Origin: an uncultured Planctomycetia bacterium | GTDB taxonomy: Bacteria > Omnitrophota > Gorgyraeia > JAGLLT01 > CAZKQD01 | Length of the DNA: 29,156 nucleotides | Direction: 5' to 3' | Assembly: GCA_964596885.1 (NCBI GenBank) | Contig: CAZQVU010000001.1 | Coordinates: 1-29,156 of the forward strand | Part shown: positions 16,770-25,947 of the stretch, piece by piece | Numbering within the stretch: position 1 is the first letter of the stretch | Layout of the letters: each line of letters begins with the position of its first letter | Notes under the pieces: generated by a model | What the model was told of the DNA's origin: nothing | The model's input: the letters and a program-made list of their open reading frames with translations, nothing else | The model's database searches: none | Translations under genes and position numbers: made by a program

Positions 16770-19700
16770 CTATCTACCCTTTTTTCTTCTTATAATTGGT
16801 TGTATAAAAATAACCAGTATACAGGATAAGAATGTTGGTATACTTGCCAGAAGGCCTATCCAGAACTGATTTTGAGGAGCATATTTTATCACAATGATTA
16901 CTGGTTGTCCACTCTTTTCTATTTTAGATACATACCAACCATTGGCATAACCATTTATTATAAAGTGATTTGAGATTATTTTGCGCCTGCCATCTGGCTT
17001 AAGAATATAGGCTTGCCATTTGTCATCATAAGACTCATTGAAGATAAGAAAAAAGTTGCTATCCTCTTGACAGTTAACCTCTAATTTATACCTAACAGGA
17101 CTTTTATCTAAAACTTTGACTGGATTCAGCCTTCGCGTCATTTTTAACGACTCAGGAACGAGTAGCAGATAATAGCCTTCTCCTCTATGATGAATAAATC
17201 TTATTGAATTTAAACCCTCCTTTAAACTGATTGCTTCTTTATGAATATATTCAATCTTTCTTCTATTAAACCTTAAATTAAACCTTTTTTGATTGACTAC
17301 AATCTTCTTTGATGCTGGCAGATAATTAATGTCATCTACTGGATAAGGATAAAGATAAATGTAAAATCTATTATTAAAGGGTATCTTTAAGTTGATATTG
17401 AACTCATTTGCATAAAAAATGAAATCTTTACTAAAACTAATACCTCTTTTAAGACCATTATGTAAAATAGACTTTTGATTTGTTGCAAAAGACAAAATAT
17501 TTATACCCGGTTCTAACTTAAGGTCAATAAGTCTCACTTCACTATCCTTATCGGCTTCTAACATATTCTTTTGAACCAACTCATCATTTAAATAAACATA
17601 AAGCCCTCTTCTCATCCTAAAACTCTTACAGGAAAATTTTAGATTTGTACGTATTATATCCTGGCTCTGATTAATAATCTTTAACTTAAGTGGTAATCCT
17701 GGACCTTTTATCCACAATATCTTTTTTGAAGTTGTGTCGCGATAATAGGTGTCCTCAATGAAGTAAAAGTTCAAATATTGTCTAATCTCCTCATCTGGTA
17801 CTTCCTTCTTATAAAAAATATTATCCTCCTCGGTTGAAAATAAAAAACAGGGGTTGCGGTTAATCTCATTAGATATATCCTTATTATTATAATGAATCTC
17901 TATATCAAATAGATTCTCTCTTTGCAAAAGATTAAGCAGTGACGATGGTAAATCTTTCTCAAAGACGATATGGTAATTAAACAAATCCGTGCGACTTAAA
18001 GGTTCAAAAGCTCTGATATCGCCATTTAAAAAGATAATCTTCTTGGTCGTATAAATATGAGGAATCTTATTCTCTAAGAGATAAAAATCCCATCTACCAA
18101 AGGATCTTTCAAATCTTAAATCTCTTTGCATAGCCAGTTTGTTAGATATCAATTCGGGACTTTCGTATCTATCATAAAAGTCCCATCTGATATCTCTTTC
18201 ATATAAAAGATAACCGATATTAAAAAGTGGCAAGACTTTACTGGCAATCATATGAGATTTCTGTAATCTCAAATCTTTTAGTTTCTTTCTCTCATCAGTA
18301 TTTGTTTTATCTATATTTAGATAAAGCCACTTATATAACAAATTATCCATATTCGGGATGTGATAAGGCGAGCCAAATATTCCCTCAACAACAGGAGTTA
18401 TAAGAGGCTTTTCAGTAAAATAACTAATAACTGGTTCATATCCTGTATAACCCCAATCAGTAATTCTTCTACCCATAGAGGGCAAAACCATTATTCTAAA
18501 AAAATCCCTTTTTTCTGAAAGCCATCTACTGGCATCATATACATAGTGAGGAATCTTAATATAGTTAGGAGGAAGAAATTCTCTTTCTTCTTCAGTAGCA
18601 AACATCCTGCCGGTGATAATGGGATAGGCATAAACCATAATAGCCACGAAGATTAAAACAGGTATAATTATAGAACCTAAAGGCGCTCGTCTTATCCTCT
18701 GTATAAGCCAATCTATAAAGATTCCAATCATAACTGCAAATCCTAAGACTGTCAAAAGAGACCATTTATACCAGGGACTCCTTATAATCCAAAACCCTGG
18801 AATAACCTTTAGGCAAATCTTATAAATAAAGGAAAAAGGAGGATGGATACCGCAGGAGAAGATAATCCCTAAAAGCGCAATGATTATAAAGAATGGGGCA
18901 AAGATTGAACTCCTCAAGTTAAATATAGACAAAAAAGCGCAAATTGCTGGAATAATACCCAAAATTAAAAAAAAGGCATTCTTTTGATAAAATTCACTAT
19001 AAAGAACATAAGGCTCCTCGTATTCGGCATACCAGGTCCAGGCACCCTGCAATCTTAAAACATTAAGGAAACTGGTATCCTTTGACCTTTCTTTAATACC
19101 TTGCTGGACAGACTCCTTATAAGAAACTAAAGGTCCTATCTGGGTTGATTTTAATAGACGCATACCTTGAGGATAAATCCAGAATGCATTAACCAATAAG
19201 ATAATTAATATAAATAAGGTCAAGAATTTTAAAAATCTCTTAGCGCTTAATTCCTTTTTTAAAAGTACTAAAATAATAAAATTATACAAAAACCACAAGA
19301 TAAAAATGCTTATGCAGACATAGGCAATAGGCGGATTAACTCCAATACCCGAAAGCAAAATAGCCACAATACCTGCCAGACAAACATACTTAAGCACCTG
19401 ATTAGTCTTAAGTCCATTGACAAATAAACCCATAAGTATTGGCATAGCAACATACGCTGAGATGTTGGCAATGTTAAACCCTAACCATATGGGTTCTAAG
19501 TACAGATTAAACATATAAAAACCAACTACACAAAGCGCAATGGACGGATGCGGATGTCTTCTATTCAGGATTGAAAATAGAAGATAGTAGATAGATGCAC
19601 CACTCAGCATAAACCAAAAAATGAATTGAAACTTTTGAGCCGAAACAATGGAAAAACCAAGTTTCTGTAACAGGGCTGGTAAGAAAAGAAAAAATAAGGC

Positions 19701-19913
19701 TGAAAAATTGTCTATTGGATAAGAACCGGTAGCACGTTGATTAAACCAGGAATAGGCGTAGGCTTTCCATTCGGTAAAATTAAGAGGTAAACCCACATCT
19801 TCAGATTTAATAAGATATCCGTCTTTAAACCATAATAGTGGAGCCAATCCCAGAATAAAAATTATTAAAAAATTGAGTAAAAGCCTCTTATTATCACCAC
19901 TAATTTTCTTCAT
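16770..19913 (-). CDS. Large AftD/YfhO-like membrane protein, putative GT-C glycosyltransferase, 1047 aa
   Basis: TM1 LGLAPLLWFK then SED; about 11-12 TMs with NAFWIYP, LRLQGAWTWY, IRSPWYK; long extracytoplasmic region; C-terminal SPVRY..FNESY..W..H..INGYANGW..YAPQ plus TM. Confidence 0.75.
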   Translation of the reverse strand: MKKISGDNKRLLLNFLIIFILGLAPLLWFKDGYLIKSEDVGLPLNFTEWKAYAYSWFNQRATGSYPIDNFSALFFLFLPALLQKLGFSIVSAQKFQFIFWFMLSGASIYYLLFSILNRRHPHPSIALCVVGFYMFNLYLEPIWLGFNIANISAYVAMPILMGLFVNGLKTNQVLKYVCLAGIVAILLSGIGVNPPIAYVCISIFILWFLYNFIILVLLKKELSAKRFLKFLTLFILIILLVNAFWIYPQGMRLLKSTQIGPLVSYKESVQQGIKERSKDTSFLNVLRLQGAWTWYAEYEEPYVLYSEFYQKNAFFLILGIIPAICAFLSIFNLRSSIFAPFFIIIALLGIIFSCGIHPPFSFIYKICLKVIPGFWIIRSPWYKWSLLTVLGFAVMIGIFIDWLIQRIRRAPLGSIIIPVLIFVAIMVYAYPIITGRMFATEEEREFLPPNYIKIPHYVYDASRWLSEKRDFFRIMVLPSMGRRITDWGYTGYEPVISYFTEKPLITPVVEGIFGSPYHIPNMDNLLYKWLYLNIDKTNTDERKKLKDLRLQKSHMIASKVLPLFNIGYLLYERDIRWDFYDRYESPELISNKLAMQRDLRFERSFGRWDFYLLENKIPHIYTTKKIIFLNGDIRAFEPLSRTDLFNYHIVFEKDLPSSLLNLLQRENLFDIEIHYNNKDISNEINRNPCFLFSTEEDNIFYKKEVPDEEIRQYLNFYFIEDTYYRDTTSKKILWIKGPGLPLKLKIINQSQDIIRTNLKFSCKSFRMRRGLYVYLNDELVQKNMLEADKDSEVRLIDLKLEPGINILSFATNQKSILHNGLKRGISFSKDFIFYANEFNINLKIPFNNRFYIYLYPYPVDDINYLPASKKIVVNQKRFNLRFNRRKIEYIHKEAISLKEGLNSIRFIHHRGEGYYLLLVPESLKMTRRLNPVKVLDKSPVRYKLEVNCQEDSNFFLIFNESYDDKWQAYILKPDGRRKIISNHFIINGYANGWYVSKIEKSGQPVIIVIKYAPQNQFWIGLLASIPTFLSCILVIFIQPIIRRKKGR

Positions 19914-19958
19914 TTAGATAAAAACTAATTGTAAAAAAAATTTAGGCAAAGTTTTAGT

Positions 19959-20924
19959 TTAAATATTATTCTCTTTTTGAGCAAAGATAACTATACAATC
20001 TCCCATCTTAAACAGATCTGTAATAAAATCAAAAGGAGCAGTTATAATTATTAAGAATTTAGAAAACTTGCTTTGAGTGATACTAGAAGCTATAGTTCCA
20101 ACCGATTTAAAAAAAAGTTTTTTTATTTGAAAACCATTATTACTAATAATTTTTTTTAGCGTTTTGTCATTGAAATGATATAAATGACGAGGAACATCCA
20201 AGCCTGCCCAAGATTTACCAAAAATTTTTGACGCTAAACTCTCAATATTTGGGGTCTCAATTATAAGATAACCCCCTGGTTTTAAAATCTTATATGCCTT
20301 TTTTAAATATTTGGATGGGTGGTGTAAATGCTCTAAAACACTTAACATCCTAACTACATCAAAAAAATCATCAGGAAAATCTGAATCTAACAAATCTAAA
20401 GTCTTTACATTTAGACCTCTTGCGCGAGCTCGTTGGGCAGCTTCATCATTTATTTCGAGCCCATAAACCTGCCAACCCAGCTCTTTTAGAGGATAAATAA
20501 ATAAGCCATCTCCACAACCTACATCTAAAATTTTCCCCTTTCTAATATTATGGGGAGCAGAAATGAATCTACGCCTCCCTATCAGAGCTAAACCTTGTTC
20601 TATCTTCCTAGACCAAAAAGTTTTACTTTGATCAAAACTCCCATAATAATAAGAAAATGTAGCTTCTCTTATTTTATCTTTTATTCTATCAAACAAAGGA
20701 TAAAATCCTTTAAGCTTCCGGTCAAGCTGCCTAAAGGAGTAATAATCATCGTGGTAATATTTGTTTATTTCATTATTATCAGGTCTTGGATTCAAATAAA
20801 CCAAACCACAATTTTTACATTTAACTATATTAAATTTCTTATCCTTGTTTTGGCAATTGACTAAATCTCTATAATATAATTCATAAACAGAGCTACCGCA
20901 AAGATCGCAGTTTACATGTTCCAT
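19959..20924 (-). CDS. Class I SAM-dependent methyltransferase with N-terminal Zn ribbon, 321 aa
   Basis: CDLC...CKNCGLVYLNPRP; ILDVGCGDG; GLEIN; VLEHLHHP; LKPGG; PRHLYHF. Confidence 0.9.
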   Translation of the reverse strand: MEHVNCDLCGSSVYELYYRDLVNCQNKDKKFNIVKCKNCGLVYLNPRPDNNEINKYYHDDYYSFRQLDRKLKGFYPLFDRIKDKIREATFSYYYGSFDQSKTFWSRKIEQGLALIGRRRFISAPHNIRKGKILDVGCGDGLFIYPLKELGWQVYGLEINDEAAQRARARGLNVKTLDLLDSDFPDDFFDVVRMLSVLEHLHHPSKYLKKAYKILKPGGYLIIETPNIESLASKIFGKSWAGLDVPRHLYHFNDKTLKKIISNNGFQIKKLFFKSVGTIASSITQSKFSKFLIIITAPFDFITDLFKMGDCIVIFAQKENNI

Positions 20925-23900
20925 TTTTTTGTTCTATGAGTAATTAACATTGATAAAATCAAAACAGCACTAATTAAAGAAATTAAACCGCCTAATTTAG
21001 TCAGTCTTTGAAGCCAAAATTCTAATATTAAATGCTGAATTTCTGCCTGCTCACTGTCTATATACCAAGCATTTGCATAACCATTTACCTTGAAATGGGT
21101 TTTTATATCTGCGCCATCAGCATAGAGTTTCCAATTCGGACTATAAGCCTCATTAAAGATTATAAAACAAGGTCTATCTATATCTGAAGTCAGTTTATAT
21201 TTTGTAGGGTTGCATTGGGTGAATTTTATCTTTTTATTTATGGATTCTTTTCTCTTTGTATAAGTTGAAAATTCAACATAGTAGTCCTCCGTGGAAAACT
21301 GCCCAATCTTAAATGTATGCATACCCTCATTTAAATATATCTTCTGCTTCCTAAGATGGTTTTCTCCTGCATAATCTAATCTTACTGATTTACCATCAAT
21401 AATAAACTCCTTACCCTCTTCAAGATTAATATCATTCTTTTCTAAGACTTCAAGTGAATATGGAAATACATCTATATTATAATAACCATCTTGAGGAATA
21501 AAAACCTTGCCCCTATATAGCAGACTACATATCCGAAAATCCCTAAAGGCAAAAGAGACTAAATGTCCTTTTCGCCTTTCAAGTTTGCAGGGAGTATAGA
21601 AACTAATTACATTTCTTCCTGGTAAAAGAGCAAGTTTCTTAAGTTTTATAGTTGTAACTTTATTGGCTTCTAAATGAGGACATTGAAGAAGGTTATCATT
21701 TAGATATATATAAAGACTCCTGTCGGTCTCATACGAAAATACATCAAATATCAAGTTAACCATCTGTTCTTTATTATAAGAATTAGTAATGATGATATTA
21801 GGCTTTTTATTTGTATACAACCACATCCAATCTTCGCCATCTTCTAAATTCTCTGGGCTGCTAAAACCTAACTTTTTCTCTACTTTTATACCTTCAGCTA
21901 AGGCATAATCGCTTTTAAACTCAAAAGGCAATATATCTGTTGTATAAAAAAGACTGAAGTTATAATTCTTATAGTTCAATTTCCTTTCTTTTAACTTATC
22001 CTTTATCTTATCTGCTGGATAATTAAAAAATGTTATCTCTTTAATTAAATCCGTCTGAAACAAATAATTAATCTTCTCTTCTGAATTTTGCTCTTCAAAA
22101 ATAAAAGCAGAGTCATCTATATTATGTCTGTTGCATAATGCCGCTAAGGCTTTAATATCACCAAAGACCATATTACCTCTATAAACGACACCTATCAATT
22201 CAGATGTATTGGGAACTTTATAAAACTCCCACTCCCCTATTCTCTTGGTAAATTGAACAGGTTTCATCCTCATAATCTTTTCCTTTAAATCGGCTGGCGA
22301 TATAGTATCACCATAAAAATCATACCAGGCATCATGTCGCAGCCATATATATTTCACACTTAATAGCCGTAATATCTTATAAACATTTACAGAAAATTGA
22401 TTATAAAGGTTATCATAGAATAAATCTCTAATCTCGTTCTTACCTGCAAAAGCCGCCCTACCCCATATAACAGGCACATTACTTTCAATAAGATTTAATA
22501 AATTTGTTGGCGCACCATATCCCCAGCGATAAGTATCTAAATTTTCGCGTGGTAGGGAAAGAAGTCTAAAACCTTCCCCTTGTTCATCCAGCCATTTAGT
22601 GGTTTCAAAGACATAGGGTGGAATCTTTAAATGTAGTGGAAAAAGTTTCTTTCTGTCTTGAGGAATAATTTTCCCAGTCAGCATAGGAAAATTATAACTA
22701 AGATAAAAAATAATCAAAATTAAAATCAATAAATTTGGTACTAATTTATACTCTTTTGTACTACTTATTCTAAAACTCGCTTTAAAGCGTTTGGAAAAAT
22801 TACACTTGTGGTATATGGCGCTTACACTAACACTCACTAAATAAGCATAGGCAAAAAGAGTTGCCAAGGAAAATTTATAATAGGGGCTTCTAAAAACTAA
22901 AAAAACAGGAATTTTTTTGGTTATCCACAAAAATATACAACCAAAAGGTGGATGGGCACCTGTAGCAAACAGAGTCCCTATAAAGGCAACTACCATAAAA
23001 AATAAAACCTCTTTATTTCTTTTAAAAAGAACAGCCATATATGCTAAAATCGGCAAGGCCACACTCATTAACAGAAAAAAAGAGTGATTAAAATAAGTCT
23101 TAGCATAAGCGACATAAGGCTCACCTTGCCATGAATAGTACCAATCCCAGGCACCCTGAAAGCGGATAACATTCAGTATACTGGTGTGAGTGCTTATGCC
23201 TTTTAACCAATTGACCATATTAAAAGCCTCAAGGACCTCTTTTGAGGTTGAAGTTTTAAGGGTATTAAGCAGTTCAAAAGAATAAGGTAGTATCCAGAAA
23301 AAATTGAATAATAAATACACACCGAAAAATAAACCCAAAAAACCAAAAAGCAAAAAGAGGTGTTCTACCCTTGCCCCTTTTAATATTTCTATTATACAAT
23401 AGAAAACAAAATAACCCAAACAGATACCTACCGGCATAACAAATACTGAGGGACTGGCGCCCATCTCAGAAAATAATAAAGATAATAATCCTGCAAATAC
23501 AGAGGCCTTTAAATAGTTCAACCTGCCATCCAGACCCTGAATAAAAAAACCTAACATAACAGGCATGGCTACCAAACTGGAAAGTTCAGCCGCCTTAGCA
23601 ACTTCCCATATATTAAAAACAAAAGGGTTAAAAGCATATACTAAAACGGCTACAAACCTCTGAAGTCTATTAGGGTTTTCTTTCTGGATGACAGAAATAA
23701 AATAATACATAGAGAGGCAGATGGCTGTAAACCAGAAACAATAACTGGCCTTCTGGGTCAAAAATAGAGAACTGCTTATCCAGTAAAAGAACGCCTGGAT
23801 ACCATGGAAGAAAATAGTAGTAATATTACTAGCTGATGAAAGGCCTGTATTATTTAAATGGTTCCATGTGAAGAAACGATTGATGAAAAATCTCACAGGT

Positions 23901-24040
23901 GCAAGTGGAAAACAAACATCAGGACCATTTATAATACAACCTGACTTAAACCATAATAAAGGAACTAAACCCAGGATAAAAACAATAATTAGGTCTTGAA
24001 ATAACTTCTTTTTAGGATATCTTCTCTTAACTTTCTCCAT
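20912..24040 (-). CDS. Large AftD/YfhO-like membrane protein, putative GT-C glycosyltransferase, about 1042 aa; paralog of 16770-19913
   Basis: LGLVPLLWFK..GPD, NFFWILP, IRFQGAWDWY, FRSPYYK, NPTKY..FNEAY..W..H..VNGYANAW plus C-terminal TM. Start uncertain (24040 chosen by alignment to the paralog; 24043, 24082 or 24094 possible). Confidence 0.75.
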   Translation of the reverse strand: MEKVKRRYPKKKLFQDLIIVFILGLVPLLWFKSGCIINGPDVCFPLAPVRFFINRFFTWNHLNNTGLSSASNITTIFFHGIQAFFYWISSSLFLTQKASYCFWFTAICLSMYYFISVIQKENPNRLQRFVAVLVYAFNPFVFNIWEVAKAAELSSLVAMPVMLGFFIQGLDGRLNYLKASVFAGLLSLLFSEMGASPSVFVMPVGICLGYFVFYCIIEILKGARVEHLFLLFGFLGLFFGVYLLFNFFWILPYSFELLNTLKTSTSKEVLEAFNMVNWLKGISTHTSILNVIRFQGAWDWYYSWQGEPYVAYAKTYFNHSFFLLMSVALPILAYMAVLFKRNKEVLFFMVVAFIGTLFATGAHPPFGCIFLWITKKIPVFLVFRSPYYKFSLATLFAYAYLVSVSVSAIYHKCNFSKRFKASFRISSTKEYKLVPNLLILILIIFYLSYNFPMLTGKIIPQDRKKLFPLHLKIPPYVFETTKWLDEQGEGFRLLSLPRENLDTYRWGYGAPTNLLNLIESNVPVIWGRAAFAGKNEIRDLFYDNLYNQFSVNVYKILRLLSVKYIWLRHDAWYDFYGDTISPADLKEKIMRMKPVQFTKRIGEWEFYKVPNTSELIGVVYRGNMVFGDIKALAALCNRHNIDDSAFIFEEQNSEEKINYLFQTDLIKEITFFNYPADKIKDKLKERKLNYKNYNFSLFYTTDILPFEFKSDYALAEGIKVEKKLGFSSPENLEDGEDWMWLYTNKKPNIIITNSYNKEQMVNLIFDVFSYETDRSLYIYLNDNLLQCPHLEANKVTTIKLKKLALLPGRNVISFYTPCKLERRKGHLVSFAFRDFRICSLLYRGKVFIPQDGYYNIDVFPYSLEVLEKNDINLEEGKEFIIDGKSVRLDYAGENHLRKQKIYLNEGMHTFKIGQFSTEDYYVEFSTYTKRKESINKKIKFTQCNPTKYKLTSDIDRPCFIIFNEAYSPNWKLYADGADIKTHFKVNGYANAWYIDSEQAEIQHLILEFWLQRLTKLGGLISLISAVLILSMLITHRTKKWNM

Positions 24041-24059
24041 CACAGCAGATTTGAAATTA

Positions 24060-24470
24060 TTATCTATCCTCTTTAATCGCATCGCTGAATTCACATATTA
24101 CTGCTGCAACTAACATAAAATAGGCAATATTTGAAATCTGTTTAGTAAAAAAAATAAACTTAGTATATGAAAAGATAACTCCCGTAACAATCAATAATAT
24201 AAAAGCTATTGCAAACGGAATGCTGCTTTTTTTAAATAGAAAACTGCCCACTTTATTAAATTTAGAGATGATTATCGGCTTGAGCAATTTAGATAAAAGG
24301 CCATAGACCAATACTGTCAGAATCTCAGCAAAAGCCAAAAGATAATTGATCCTTTTACCCGCTTCTTTTTCTATTGCTATACCTTTTAGATAGAGAAATA
24401 AACAGAGAGTAAACAATAGAATAAAAATCCACAACCATCCCTTTTTCAAGAATTTTGGCAACCTTTTCAT
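24060..24470 (-). CDS. Small 4-TM membrane protein, 136 aa
   Basis: Four hydrophobic segments; C-terminal TKQISNIAYFML resembles the end of the 368-aa protein; ATG overlaps the upstream TGA. Confidence 0.7.
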   Translation of the reverse strand: MKRLPKFLKKGWLWIFILLFTLCLFLYLKGIAIEKEAGKRINYLLAFAEILTVLVYGLLSKLLKPIIISKFNKVGSFLFKKSSIPFAIAFILLIVTGVIFSYTKFIFFTKQISNIAYFMLVAAVICEFSDAIKEDR

Positions 24471-25945
24471 TTTCTCTTTCTTATTCCTTTTTTAACAAAA
24501 TGAATAATAACCCAGATTAACATTATAATAAAAAATATAGATGAGATAATAAGTCCTGATTCATATAATCTTTGAGGATAAAACTCCATAATTATTTTAA
24601 AATTATAAGGAGCCTCTTTCTTGAATAATTCTTTTACCGGCACAAACCAGCCATTAGCATAAGCATTAACCCTCCTATGCTCGCTCAATCTTATCAACTT
24701 ACCCTTAGAATTAAGTGCAAAAAGTAAAGCTGATTTTTCAGTTCCCAAACTTACATCTATATCCTTGGCAACATAAGCCCTCCAGCCAGTATGATAATTT
24801 TCACATAAACTTATCCAGAAAGAATCACTGGCTTTTACATCAACTACATATCTTGTAGGATTCACTCTCTTAAATTCTATAACAGGTTCTTCTCTTTTCT
24901 GACTTATATTCTCTGAAAGAAAAAGAGTTTCCAGGTTTACATATTCATTTTCAAAAGAGTTTAATTTTACCTCCTCTCCTTTTTTTAGTTCTAAAGTGGA
25001 AAAGTCTACCTCGCTTTTTTCTCTCAATATTTCATTTATAGTATTCCTTTTAAGTTGGTTTAAATAATATTTTTTATTATTCAATTCAAAAAGTGGACTG
25101 TTTAAAAGAGCGGCTAACTTGCCTTTTTCCTCCATAAAAGAGTAAAGGTCGCCTTCTTTATTTTGTTTCTCTCTATTGTATTCTTGTAAAATAACGGATT
25201 TATCAAGTGATTCTTCATTGTATAAACCGACATCTTTTATTATTAGTTCTTTTCCAAGATTGCTGCCCTTAATTACCATAAGAAATTTCCTCAAGATAAA
25301 AGAGACTCTATCTGGTCGGTGTATTCTTAACTCATTATAAAGATTAGTACTAATACTTTTTTCTCTTCCCTTATCATCATGCTTCATATAATAACTCATA
25401 GGATATGATTTGAGACCGCCTGATATAGACTCATCCGGCTTGTTTCCATAGTATGCTAGAAAATCAATCTCCTTGTCATTGTTTACATCTACATAAAAAT
25501 ATAAACTTATATCAATTTTAGCTGGCGAATTATAGTTTAAATAAAAATAAGGATAGATATAAGTATTAATGTCTAACGATTTAATAGGAGGAAATACCAC
25601 TTTTTTACTTTCTGAACCTGGTTTTATAGAGACTGAAATGCCATCTCTAACAGTATTAACTTTGATGGAGGTTGTCGATTTTGGTATATTCAAATCAAGA
25701 GGATATATATATTTCTCTTTTACCTTTGTAGTCTTTGGACTTATGAGTGCCTTTATCGAATATCGACCTGTTCTATCTATAATTTTAGTTAAACTATCCT
25801 CTTCTTTTGTATCAAATATGTAAAGATAACTTTTATGAGCCAGTATATCAGGCTTTATATCATATTCATCGCCTTTAGCTGATGTGTTCTGAATAATACT
25901 TAAGATAAATAGTAAGATAAAAATTATGGTCTTTATATTCTTCAA
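24467..25945 (-). CDS. Exported/anchored protein carrying a stand-alone YfhO-type C-terminal module, about 492 aa
   Basis: TTG at 25945 with GGAGG 7 nt upstream, 2 nt after the upstream stop; signal-like IIFILLFILSIIQNTSA; C-terminal NPTRY..ENY..W..H..VNAYANGW..FYPQ plus TM and basic tail. Confidence 0.72.
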   Translation of the reverse strand: MKNIKTIIFILLFILSIIQNTSAKGDEYDIKPDILAHKSYLYIFDTKEEDSLTKIIDRTGRYSIKALISPKTTKVKEKYIYPLDLNIPKSTTSIKVNTVRDGISVSIKPGSESKKVVFPPIKSLDINTYIYPYFYLNYNSPAKIDISLYFYVDVNNDKEIDFLAYYGNKPDESISGGLKSYPMSYYMKHDDKGREKSISTNLYNELRIHRPDRVSFILRKFLMVIKGSNLGKELIIKDVGLYNEESLDKSVILQEYNREKQNKEGDLYSFMEEKGKLAALLNSPLFELNNKKYYLNQLKRNTINEILREKSEVDFSTLELKKGEEVKLNSFENEYVNLETLFLSENISQKREEPVIEFKRVNPTRYVVDVKASDSFWISLCENYHTGWRAYVAKDIDVSLGTEKSALLFALNSKGKLIRLSEHRRVNAYANGWFVPVKELFKKEAPYNFKIIMEFYPQRLYESGLIISSIFFIIMLIWVIIHFVKKGIRKRK

Positions 25946-25947
25946 CT

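Noticed and set aside
19914-19958. Internal promoter or terminator in the 45-nt gap
   Set aside because: TTGCCT to TACAAT spacing is only 10 nt; the inverted repeat is a 7-bp AT-rich stem with a 25-nt loop.
4068-20864. Short + strand ORFs of 60-113 aa in the ORF track (also 25569-25823 and 26246-26437)
   Set aside because: All lie wholly or almost wholly antisense to well-supported genes and have no recognisable motifs.
20889-20900. ops-like sequence GCGGTAGC on the - strand
   Set aside because: Mismatches the GGCGGTAGnnTG consensus at both ends and is explained by Cys-Gly-Ser codons.
19959-20924. Methyltransferase as a low-GC foreign insert
   Set aside because: Hand count of 900 nt gave about 31% G+C, not clearly different from the window; a codon-usage test would be needed.
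15984-24154. A8 tracts (15984-15991, 19933-19940, 24147-24154) as phase-variation sites
   Set aside because: Expected by chance at this AT content; the reading frames are intact.
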